A stretch of 63,402 bases of DNA, the filler included, from Welwitschia mirabilis (taxonomy: Eukaryota), in assembly GCA_051453625.1 (NCBI GenBank). It is 6 parts of one record of this genome, joined end to end, with 100 filler letters (N's around TTAATTAATTAA, not from the genome) between each part and the next. Parts side by side here need not be neighbours in the genome. Positions count along the whole stretch, not along the records: positions 1 to 19,292 come from JBOZIK010000001.1; positions 19,393 to 48,283 come from JBOZIK010000001.1; 4 more parts are not named here. The stretch is one strand, 5' to 3'. Shown here one piece after another: positions 12,715 to 23,997 of the stretch. The notes beneath the pieces were generated by a model. The model did no database searches. It had not been told where the DNA came from and saw only the letters and a program-made list of their open reading frames with translations. Within the stretch, counting starts at the first letter, position 1. Each line of letters starts with the position of its first letter. The translations under genes were made by a program, and so were the position numbers.

Positions 12715-15190
12715 TGTAGGATTGAGAATTCTAGAGGGGGGATGAATAATATTTTAAAAATTTAATTAATAATATTCAAAATAAAAATACTTTGCTTGAA
12801 AAAAAATCACTAAAAAACTTGTGCATAAAAATTGAAAGTATTCCAAAAAATGAAAATAATATAAAGCACAGAAATACTGATCATATGCATATAAATTTTA
12901 TAGTGGTTCTGAAATACCCCCTACTCCACTCTCAATGATTAGCTTCTATTTAAGCCTAATACGGATCTCCATTAAACACTCCTAGGTATCGCAGGTTCAC
13001 CTATAACCTTTACAATCAAGACTTTTTTTAAAGACTTAGTTTCAACCTTTTTATAAAAAAGCATGAAAGTGATGGTTTCAACCTTTTTACAAGAAAGCAT
13101 GCAAGTGATGGCAGTATGTCCAAGTGCATAGGTATTACTAGATCTTTGGCTCAATGATAATAGTGGAGCACTTCTCCTAAAGATGATATAATCTAAGAAT
13201 AATGGAGTGATACAAATCTAATCTTATATGCAAAGATACCATAGATGTTGGTTTGTCTTTGGTCAGAAATGCAAAGACAAATGAGTACAATGATCAATCA
13301 CAAGATTTAATGGTTTTACAAAAGGTGTAATGATGATTTGACTCTGAGCTATTTATAATGGAAGGATTTTAGGGTTATTACAAGTGAAAATGCACTTCCA
13401 ATGATCATAAAATAGCTACATAATAGTTATAAAATTTGTATTTCCATCCAGCTGGTTGACCCCTTAAATGTTCAGTCGATCCCTTTTGGTGTCATCACTT
13501 AAACAGGTCACATTAATGAACTTTTTGGTTAATCTAGTTTCTTATGGCTTCATGTTTGGTCAACTCCTTAGGATCAGCTTGACCATTCATATGGTTGCCC
13601 ACATGTCTATCCAGTCCCCCTCTCAGTCCTCATAAAATCCATCTCAGTTTTTTTGCATTAAGTCTAGTCTATCCCTTAGGAATTTGGTTGGCCTCTTATT
13701 GATTAGATGTAAGTATTAATGCTCAGTTCTTAGATCTAGTTAACCTTTCAGATGCTAGTTGATCCTTTGATGATCGACTAAAAAGTATCAGGTGCACAGT
13801 GCTTAGGTTCGATTGACCCCTTATATGTATAGTCAATCCCTTGCCGATTAGATCAGGAGTATGGGTTATGAGGCTCATAGGTCTAATTGATTCCTTAAAA
13901 ATCTAGTTGATTCCTCTAGATTTAGTTCATTTTTTACAATTTTTTTCTAGGTATGATCAACCCCTTAAAAGTTCATTTAACCCTTTAAGAGGATAACAAA
14001 ACTTGATAGGTTTTAGAAACAAAATGTGCTAAATATTGCTTTAACTTTTGACCTGCAAGTAATCAATATTTTATGCACAAAATACAACAAATTGCACTAC
14101 ATAGAAAACATTATATTGACATCAATTGTGATGTGGAATGATGTGACTTCCTCCCCCAACCCAATAATTTTATTTTTATATTTTGCTCTAAATTGTTATT
14201 TTATTACTTTTAGTCCAACATTGTTTAGGTATTTCTATTGAAATAAATTATGTTTTATTAATAAGTAGCTTATGTACTATTTTAGGAATAAAGAAAAGCA
14301 TTGGATTCTTGTATTTAAAGGCTAATTATCCTCAAAGTATCTATTATAACATAGATTACCGAATGAGGTAGTGGGAATAATAGATAAGACACAGATCACT
14401 GAATGAGACAGTGGGCTTCACAGATCGTTGAATGAGGCAGTGAAGTGATTAAATACTTTCACGCTGCATCAAGTGGATTTAGAGCCTAATGGTGACCAAC
14501 GATAATGGCAGTGGTCTCCATGATGATGCTTAGGAGGCTAGAGCCTCGATCCTCAAGACAAAGTATTGTAATGATTAGAGAAACATTTATTGGGATACTT
14601 AGATCAAGAAACTGATCATAAATTATGTCACTTTAAGGAGTGGTTCAATGAGATTATGGATTGGTTAGATGCTCTCAGTGTCGATGTGGACCTAAACTAG
14701 ATTAATGACAAAAGGCTAGGAGTTGATGCTTCTTGTGGTGACCTTATCTATGGGCATGTTCCTGTCTGCAGGCAGAATTTCATGCAACTGATAAGTAGAT
14801 GTATCCTAACCCTAAGCCTAACTTGACGATGATCTTTTTTCAAGTGGATGGGACTAACGTGGAATGATGCAATTCCCCCATAATTTTATTTTTAAATTTT
14901 TTTATATCTTATTATTTCCTTATTTTTAGTCCCACATTATTTAGGAATTTCTATTGAAAGGACTTATGTCCTATAAATAAATGGCTTATGTACTGTTTTA
15001 AGTGGGAATAAAAATAAAGACTTGGTTTTTTCTTTATATTTGAAGGCTAATTACTTTATAAGTATCTATTGAACCACAGATCTCCACATGAGGGAGAAGG
15101 GATAATAGATAAACCACAGATCATCGAATGAAGCAGCGAAGTGATTGAACACTTCTCATGTTACGTCAAATTGTCAATGATAATTCAATA
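12715..15190 (-). repeat. 5' LTR of the Sirevirus-type element, split by a TRIM insertion
   Basis: Begins tgtagg at 12715. Similarity to the other LTR stops at 14128 and resumes at 15174-15190 (tcaatgataattcaata vs ataatgataatttaaaa at 5641-5657). Carries a private ~36-bp tandem duplication near 13040-13110. Confidence 0.88.
14129..15168 (+). mobile_element. TRIM-like miniature non-autonomous LTR retrotransposon (~1.04 kb)
   Basis: Direct terminal repeats 14129-14471 (TGATG...CATCA) and 14855-15168 (TAACG...CGTCA). PBS-like agtggatttagagc after the first, purine-rich aagtggatggga before the second. Perfect 5-bp TSD AATTG at 14124-14128 and 15169-15173. Confidence 0.88.
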
Positions 15191-15369
15191 AGAACAGATC
15201 TCAAGAATAGGACTACAAGCTAAGGCAGCTTCATAACTAGAACATGTGACTTAAAGTCCTAGAACAAAAATTCATCTAGCTTTAAAAGAAAGAGATGAGA
15301 GTTAAAGTAGCCAAGGGATTCTTTAAGAGGAATAGGTAGAGGTGAAGAGGCATTAACTAAAGAATTAAT

Positions 15370-16567
15370 AGATACAGACACTATAGATTTTAATAATCAT
15401 ATTTAATAGGAAGAATAAAGGAAATTTAGAGCTACCTTAGAACATGAAAAATAGTTAGCCTAATTGACCAAGAAATTAGAAGAATCAAAGTCCAGTGAAG
15501 ATCATTCTTTTGTTTTTAGAATAAGAAAAAAATGATAAGCCTATTTTTCTCTTTTTTCGTATATATTTGTTAAGGGACTAACAAAATCTTGAGCTTGGGG
15601 AAACTAATGAGTAAAAATAATGATGTAAGTTTTTCTGATTAATGAAATGTTTTTATTCTTATAATTATATATTTTAGCTGATATTTGATATTTCTCTTTA
15701 GCATTTAGATTAATATACTAGTTAGACAAGAGGTTAGTTAGTTAGTATGTTAGTAGGTTATCTTACATATTATATCATTGTGTTGCATGTACAAAATGCC
15801 ATTTAGTATGAGGATGAGAGAGAAGACCAAGGTGATGAAAATATAGCAACAACTCCAACCATACACCTATCCTTTAAGAGCAAAAAAAGAAAACAGTAAA
15901 ACAGAAATGGGCTAGAGGGGTATAAAAAGGAGATTAGCATGAATAGGGGGGATCTTTTAATAAAAAGGCTCTAGAAATAGAAATAAATCAAAGGTCACAG
16001 GGAAGCTTTAATCATCCTAGAGAGGGTGAAGTAGAACCTCAAATGTTCGAATGTTATCTACAAAGGAAAACACAAACTTATTAGTACATTTTTACATAAT
16101 GTTCTAGTGTTTTAATATAAAGCTAAAAAGCTAATATTCTTGAAGTACTGTGAACATGTTTTATTATTTAAAAAAGTAATATTTCTTTTTTACTTGCTTT
16201 TGTTCATGCGATTAAACATGAATTAAAATAATTATAACACTTAGAAATAAGTTTTGTTTAGTTTTAACGAAACTTCTATTTTAGTTTTCTATTTTCTTCA
16301 TTCCCCCTAATGCAATATATGTATATAACAAACTTATTAATTATCAAACTAACTCGTTTAAGTAACTTCATCATGAGGTTATTTTAATAATGCATTTTAA
16401 ACTAAATGGTTGAAGTGTTAGTGTCTCAACTAGTTCTTTAGTAAACCTTTTATTTTTATTTAATGATTTAAGCTTATTTTAGTTTAATAGCATCATAGTT
16501 TTCTACCACTTTTTGGCATAATTTCTCAGTATTTTCTATAATTATTTCACAATATAATCTTTTATCA
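15370..16567 (+). repeat. Dispersed repeat, probable LTR of a third family (family C)
   Basis: Colinear inverted copy at 49145-50345 (shared aagtaacttcat, aaactaaatggtt, aactagttctttagtaa, gttagtatgttagtag, gatgagagagaag). Both copies share the same ...TTTTATCA end. Left boundary uncertain, may extend to 15191. Confidence 0.65.
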
Positions 16568-16699
16568 CCTCTTTAAAAATAATTCTATAAGTAGAATTAC
16601 TAAAATCTCATGGAGATTCATTCATAATTTGGCTTATATTATAATTAGTCATAATAAAAAACAAAAGAAAAAGACATTTAATATGCTTAAAATATAATC

Positions 16700-18430
16700 T
16701 TAATATACATTTTTGTAAATAATGAAGTAGAAATATTCAAATAAGTGGACTGAATCATTATGTAGCCTTTGAAGCTCATAAAATTAAAATACAATATCAA
16801 AAGATTAAAATAAGTTAGTCTTATTTGGCAATTACAAAAATACATTGATCTTTTGATAGATGGTAAAAAATCTAGAATTATTTGTATTATAGAAAACATG
16901 TATTTTGTAGTGTTAAAAGGGCTATGATTAGATTTCATTAAAGATTTGTATGCTCCACAAACCTCTCACTAATGAAAATTCATAAAAGAAATGATTTTCT
17001 AATTGCCATAAATAATGTTTATTATGCTAATTTAAAGTGAGAAACTAGTACTATTTCATTTTTTTTAATTGTAGGTATTGAGTTTATTAACAAGATAATG
17101 GAACAACACTTGATTATCTATATTACATACATAAAGGATGGTGGGCTTGGCCTTCTAAAAACAAAGTTCATCAAACTTTTGAAAATTAAATATGGAACCT
17201 CATATGTGATGTTTAATGCAATTAATAAATCATTAGTAGAAATGGAACTTTTAAAGGTAATATGGTTGTATTTAGATCAAATAAGGCATTAATAATGAGG
17301 GGTACATAAAGGCGGCTAGCTACAGGATTGAATCATGAATTTCTAGATTTCTTACCTATACATTACATAACGCATCATTAAGCTTTAGCTATCTATTCAT
17401 TTTCTAGAATTTTAATTAGCTAATAAAGATTCCAAACAATGCATACACATGATTATGGATGTATTTAAATAGAAATTTTACACTTAAAGAATTAACTAAA
17501 CTCTTTCAAGGAGATAACCTTTTTCCAATGGAACTCCAAACAATGCATTGGTTAGCTAAAGGATAAGTAATGTTAATGCTAGTCAAACTAATACCTACCA
17601 TCTCACATAAATGGAGAGAAGATGGTAATGGATTGTATGAGTAACCTAAAATTTTTTAAGTTTAATTCTAGATCTTCTTACTCGCTAATGTCTTGATAAT
17701 GATAAATGAACTATGTAAAAATTTTCAGTTGCAAGTTGGTGACATAATATCAACACAAACACAAATTGAAGTTCTTTTTCTACTTCTTGAAAGAACATTT
17801 TTATTAGATGCATTTAGTAGAGGTGCAACTCATATGTAAAAGTTTTTAAAAATGCATAACTTGGGTTTTCAGAACTTGTTGATAAATAAGATTCCTTTCC
17901 TAAATATATGTTAAGATTTGAATCTATTTCCAAAGCACTTGGATTAGGTAGTTTAGAATCTTATATTGATTTAGGCAAATAATTTGTAATTAAAAGTTTT
18001 CAAGCATCTCAAAAAAAAGTTTGGAACAGAAATATCATTTAAGAAGCAAAGTTATTTAGTCCTCATTCCTTCAATGATAATGATACATTAAAAGACATAG
18101 AATTAAGAAAATGATTAGAATGCTTATGTAGTAACTTTGATATTGGAAGTAGCTTTCTCATTATAACAAAAATTTATCTTAATGAGATGGAGGAATGCAT
18201 TATAATGATGCAAAAAATAGTTTCAATATAACCTATTAAATGTAGGATAAGATGTAGATTAAAAACACAATGGTCGGAGTCATTTCCAAATATTATGAAA
18301 CTTTGGCAAGCTATCCTTACACTTGCCAAAAACTACTAAATGTGAAAGAGGGTTTTCCAAATGAACGGAATTGGAAAGAAATTTTTGAGCTATAGACTAA
18401 GCCGAGAAGTGTAGTCCTATTTCTCTTGAA
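16700..18430 (+). pseudogene. Degenerate hAT-like transposase (ZNF862/ZMYM-type)
   Basis: EQHLIIYITYIKDGGLGLLKTKFIKLLKIKYGTS (17098+). Then SNKALIMRG (cf. SDGASVM.G) and PIHYITHH*AL (cf. IHC.AHRL.L). C-terminal KLWQAILTL...CERGFS.MN at ~18300-18375. Confidence 0.75.
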
Positions 18431-19088
18431 ATGAAACTAGTAAGTTAAATAGTTTAGATTTAAATTTAATAGGTAAGCATAGTAATTTTGAGTCATTCTA
18501 TTTCTTTGAATTTAACAAGTTAGTGGTACTTTAACAAGACATGCAAATCCTCTAGCTATAAGAGAAAACATGCCATTAAATGTCCATACTTTGAATTTCG
18601 TTCACTATTATTATGAACAAGTTAAATAATTCAATTATCACTTTTTAAAACAGTTATCAAGAAATAATATTAGCATTATTTTAGATATAATATACTCTTT
18701 GTTTTATATGTTCAAACATATTTATGTTTACAAATTTGTCAATGCTAATTTTAGATTTAAGTATTACAGTTGAGAAATTTATACCGACCTCTTTGTTTAA
18801 GATTAAATTAAAAATTTGAGAATGAAAATATTTACGTGTTAAACTTTAAATTGTATTTTGAGAATGCTTATCAACCAAAAAGTACTACGTTATCTTTTCG
18901 TGTCAAATTTGGCCACTGATAAGAATGTCTTGACTTTTCAAAATCCGGAAATGCAGCACGTTGCAGGCGTCTCTTTTTGACCACTTATACAATTTAATTC
19001 TTGCTGGGAGTCTTCCATTATTGAACGCACGCCAGTTAATGCCGATCCCACTCACTCACGCTGCCATTGCCATTGCAATGTGTAATTG

Positions 19089-19098
19089 CTATATAAAT
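19089..19098 (+). promoter_or_regulatory. Candidate TATA box (CTATATAAAT) in a CpG-retaining region
   Basis: Plant-consensus TATA ~85-90 bp upstream of the ATG at 19182. Surrounding 18830-19292 is markedly more GC/CpG-rich than the flanks. Confidence 0.6.
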
Positions 19099-19181
19099 AG
19101 CTCTGGAACGGCAACTGCATCATCACCATCGTCCTCTCATGTTCTTTCATTCGGCAATTGTAAAACACTGCTCAAGCATTG

Positions 19182-19292
19182 ATGGCGCGCCTTTGCATCG
19201 AGTTCCTTGTTGCGCTTTTGCTGTCTATTCTTGCCTTTGCCTTTGCAGAAAGCCATTCAGGGTGGCCCGTCCCTGGACTTGCCAGAAGCAAA
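19182..19292 (+). CDS. 5' fragment of a probable host gene encoding a secreted protein (signal peptide), truncated by an assembly gap
   Basis: Translates MARLCIEFLVALLLSILAFAFAESHSGWPVPGLARSK: basic N-terminus, hydrophobic core, A-F-A cleavage motif. ATGGCG start context, upstream TATA, frame open to the gap. Too short for the ORF track. Confidence 0.65.
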
Positions 19293-19392
19293 NNNNNNNN
19301 NNNNNNNNNNNNNNNNNNNNNNNNNNNNNNNNNNNNTTAATTAATTAANNNNNNNNNNNNNNNNNNNNNNNNNNNNNNNNNNNNNNNNNNNN
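19293..19392. other. Artificial contig-joining spacer (44 N + TTAATTAATTAA + 44 N)
   Basis: The same 12-mer sits inside N runs at 19337, 48328, 53074, 55451 and 62288 and puts stop codons in all six frames. Confidence 0.95.
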
Positions 19393-20504
19393 TTGTAATC
19401 TATTAAAGGCACTAGACTAGAAGTTATAAAATTAATTTCATAAGGTATTTTAGTCTTTTCTCTTTTAGTAAATAAAAATAAAGAATAATGTAATGTAATG
19501 CAAGATGAAGATGATGAAATGCAAGGGATGAAATGCAAGTGTAGTGAGTTTTATTTGGATTTCAATCCTCCTATCACAATAATTAGTTATTATCACTCAA
19601 ATTAATTAGAAAAAATTTTGTCACTTATTCCTAACNNNNNNNNNNNNNNNNNNNNNNNNNNNNNNNNNNTGAAATAGAATGCAATGTAAAATTTAAACTA
19701 ACAAAGTTAACCTTAACAAAATTTATGCTTATAATCTAAATAAACTATGGAGTTTTCATTAAACTATAATTAACTTGAACCATAATAGATGTTCACAGAA
19801 TAGGAGTCAAAAGAGTTCTTAAATTAATCATTAATTTAACATCCACTTATAACAAAGAAGCAGCACCTCAATGGAGGATACTTACTCCAACACTAAGGTA
19901 ATCTTCTCTCTATAGCTAATGGATGGACCTCTTGTCTTTGAATCTTCCATCACAATAATATTTGGCATAAAAGATGGAAACGAAAGTAAAGAAAAAGGAG
20001 GGTATTTATAGTTTTATATTAAATTTTAAGAAGCAGAACCCTAAAAGCTAGAAAAGAAATCCTAACAACCCATATGAGCGACATGATCCCCTTACAAATA
20101 TAATTTTTCCATCCATACAAAATAGTTAATCTCTTAATTGTCATGGAAACGATAATGGAGATGATACTCCACAAAAAAAGGTGATACATTACCTTTAGTT
20201 CCTACAATTAACTTCACAGCTTTAATCCATGCTATTTTCCTAAATACCATGGGGATAATAGAAGGGACAACAAAACTCTCTATCTTCTAGCCCAAAGGGA
20301 AATCAGTCTTCTGCATGGTTAATCTTTCCTTCAAGGCATAAAGTATCAATATAATTTTAAAATGCCTTCAAATATGCTAATGATGGAATGTTTTAGTGAA
20401 CATCCTATTAATTCTTTATAATCATTATAATTACATCTGAACCCATATAAATGTCCTACAAAAGTACTTAAAATACACCATCAAAATCCTACAAATTAGC
20501 ATCA
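19393..20504 (-). mobile_element. Athila-like LTR (family B), one end cut by the spacer
   Basis: Colinear with 50430-51518; terminates ...acaaattagcatca at 20504. Confidence 0.8.
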
Positions 20505-22959
20505 AATAACACGCAAGTTTATAATAGTAATAAAAATTAGAAAATGAACTCCATCAATTATGTAATAATTTTTATGATCACATGTGATCTATTACAACTA
20601 TTTGGTAATCTTAATAGTTATTCCAAATCCCATAAAGACCTACCTTATATCCCTTATTTCTCATATTGCTTGCATCAATTGTTCTTATGATGACTTAAAG
20701 AGTGATTGAGTAAGAAATCCATTTTAGTTATAGAGAAGGGTATCTCTTGGTATTAGAATATGTTTCTTTTATTAAGGATTTCTTTCTTTATAAAAGAATG
20801 TGAACATTTTGATTGATAAGTTATTGATTGAAGTGTTATTTTGAAATTACTTCTAATCTTCCTTATGGTTTATGTTAATTACATTTAAGTATAACTACAA
20901 TTTGAATGATAATTATAAGGTTAAAAAGATCTTTGTACTTCAATGAAATTTGGTTCTATATTATTACACTAGTATATTATGCTAGGTATGCCTTGATTTT
21001 AACATTCAGTTACCTCTTTACTATGCACATTTCTTTAAGGNNNNNNNNNNNNNNNNNNNNNNNNNNNNNNNNNNNNNNNNNNNNNNNNNNNNNNNNNNNN
21101 NNNNNNNNNNNNNNNNNNNNNNNNNNNNNNNNNNNNNNNNACATTTCTTTAAGGCATTTTGCATAAGAGGGCACTTTTTTAATAAATATTAAAGGAAGAA
21201 CGTTTATCTTAACTTCATTGAAAATATATAGTGTCTCTAGCTCCTTTTTTTTAATGTTTTTCTTTTATTATTGTTGTAGAAATAATTGAGGTTATTAATA
21301 AATTAACATAAGATTTTCTAATTCTTCTACTATTTTATTTCTCTCATCATTTTTCATGGGTACAAATTCCTAATTATTTTGGTTTTTTTCTAGTTATCGA
21401 TTAGTCTCTTTTCCACACTTAAAATTGATGGCCTTGGTTTATTTTATGTGATTAGGCTCTACTCCTTTTACAATTTTAATATTTATGCAATATGTTTTTG
21501 GGTTCTTTGAAAGTTTGATAGGCTCTTAATGCTTTAAATAAGAGAAAATATGAGTGGTAGTTTGCTAAGGTTTTACAATTTTTTTTAAATGTTTTTATTG
21601 GTTTACATTTACAATTCTACGAACCTCTTAAAGATACCCTTTAATGGGTTTGATATGGAATGTTAGTGTTTTAATGAGGTTTGATGGTTTGAATGGTATT
21701 GATTTGAATGGTAAAGATGAAAATATGATGAAAAACATTTTATTGATTAACTATTATGCGATTAATTATGGCTATTGTTTCATTTTAAAGAAAAGTTAGG
21801 GTGATTCCTCCACCTAAGCTTATATGTGTTCAAGTAGGGATCATTATTATGATGCTATCAATGATTTCCTATGGCATTTAGTTATTTAGTAACTATGTTG
21901 TAAAAAATAGGTATGAAAAAATACTTAGTTATTTCATGAAATGTATGTAATAGATCAAATATTTAAATTTAGAGGTTAATGGTTTAAGCAAAGTGATGAG
22001 GTATTCTATTCTTCTTGTCTATTTACTTACTAAATTATATAGTACTCTAAAAATACTTTTTTATCTAATCAAATAATGGGATCTAGATGATTCAACATGT
22101 TTTTCCCCCAAGATTTATAACTTTCAAATATAGATTCATGATAGTATCAAACTTTATCTAATGCAAGATTTAGAAAGTCAAATCTTAGTCATTATTTCAA
22201 ATAATTGTGTATTCTTTAATGATAATCCTTTATAGAAAATACTACTAAACTAGCTAGTTCAAATCCATGTTTGAGGAGCTTTTATAATAGATCCTTAAAT
22301 CTTTTAAAAGTTTGTGATAATATTTGATTATCCTTTTATTGGTAATTCAAAATTTATAACCTAAGAGCATTATTTTTCTAATTTGATCAAAAAATTAAAA
22401 TGAAGACTTTATTTAGGTTAATCCAATTTATAATGGAAAGAGGTTTAAGGATGTACAACTAGGATTATACTTTTTCCTTCAGAGAGAATAAGACAAGGTC
22501 TAATCTTAGAGCATCCATAATGTTGGAAAATTGAGGTAAGATTAATAATATGCATTTAGATTCTTTTAAGTATAGATATAAACCTTATAATTTTAAGCCA
22601 TAAAAATGAGGAAGTAACAAGATAGTAAATGATTAAAAATCTAACCTAGATTCTATCAAGGATTAGATTAAACAAGATGGATTTTTGAGGAAATGATCTT
22701 ATAGCTAATATCTAATGGTTTAGATAAGGAAGTCATTAAGATAATTATAGTGGTTTTGTAATACATATTAGCTTAGGTTTTGGGAAATTTATTAGCTTAG
22801 GAAATGCACTTACAGTTCGTTAAATAACTCTTCATTCTAAAGGGATATGCTATTGTTATAATGAAGGTTTGAAAGAAGAATTGGGTGTTATGATTTGATT
22901 GTTAAGATTATTGTTTTTCATATGAATCTTAATGAAATTAATTTTTGAAATGTGATTGT

Positions 22960-23997
22960 TGTGATGTGTATTTTTGCATACACACTCTATATGAATAAAT
23001 GTAACCCAAATTACATATCTCATTAAAAACTTATGAGAGAAGAATAATTTTTGATTTTTCAAAAAATAATAGTAACCAAAATTGAAGAAAATATAGGAAT
23101 TAAAAATGCAATGAAAATGTGAATGCAACTAAATCTAAATGCAATTCCAAATAAATCTAAGACTACTTTCTTTTAGCCTTAATAAAGGCTATTCTTAAGA
23201 CCTATATCACCAATGAAACTGTTATCGAAGTAAGGGCAACATAAATTACAATGGAAATATGACAAAGTTAAGATGCACAATAAAAATATGGTTTTGTATT
23301 AAATGGAATAAGCATCTGGGTTACAAAATAGCTAAGCCTCAATGGATAATGCATAGGCCTTCACCAAGGGAACATCTTTCTACTACTTATGTGATAGATC
23401 TCCAGCCCTTTGGCCTCCTGTCATGAGACTGCCTGGCACAAATGAAGATCAATAAGAGAGTCAAAGGGGGGTCTTATTTAAAGGCCTAAGAAAAAAAATC
23501 AACACATAAAAGCTATTGTAAAACATGCTTAATGATAAAAAAGAAATAGATGAAATAGTTAAAGACCAGCTGATAGTTATAATATCATCTCAGCTATCAT
23601 GGGGATGATCAAGGAGGACAACGGATTAAACATTATAATTGTCATTCTGCATGTCATGTGAATGACATCCCTTTTCCTAAGATGACTTAGTAGTAACTTA
23701 GCACTGATTTAGTAGTCCACATCAGCATCTAATGTGTCATCATCTTGCTTGTCATGGGGATGATAATTTTCTTTATTCTTGTAACTCATGAGAAGCTAGC
23801 CTTTTTCATTACTGATCTTTCTTCAAAGCCATGTGTATCAGAATGTATCTTAAATGTCTTCAATTATGCTAAGAATTACACATTTATGAGATCTTTCTTC
23901 AATCCTTTATAATCCTTAAAAATGCACTCATACCTATGCAAATGTCCTAAAAATAGCTCATAACACCCCATCAAATACACAATTTGCTAATACATCA
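22960..23997 (-). repeat. 3' LTR of the Athila-like element
   Basis: Colinear with 32086-33140 throughout. Confidence 0.88.

Larger units (their letters stand above)
4323..15190 (-). mobile_element. Sirevirus (SIRE/Maximus)-type Ty1/Copia LTR retrotransposon, near full length, decayed
   Basis: Two colinear LTRs (4323-5657; 12715-15190 including an insertion). tRNA-Met-type PBS at 12702-12712. Purine tract next to the 3' LTR (plus strand ttctccctc, ~5658-5667). Domain order gag-PR-INT-RT-RH, plus an extra ORF between pol and the 3' LTR. Confidence 0.92.

Noticed and set aside
20540..22950. Possible decayed coding sequence flanking the Athila insertion
   Set aside because: No recognisable protein motif by eye; left unannotated.
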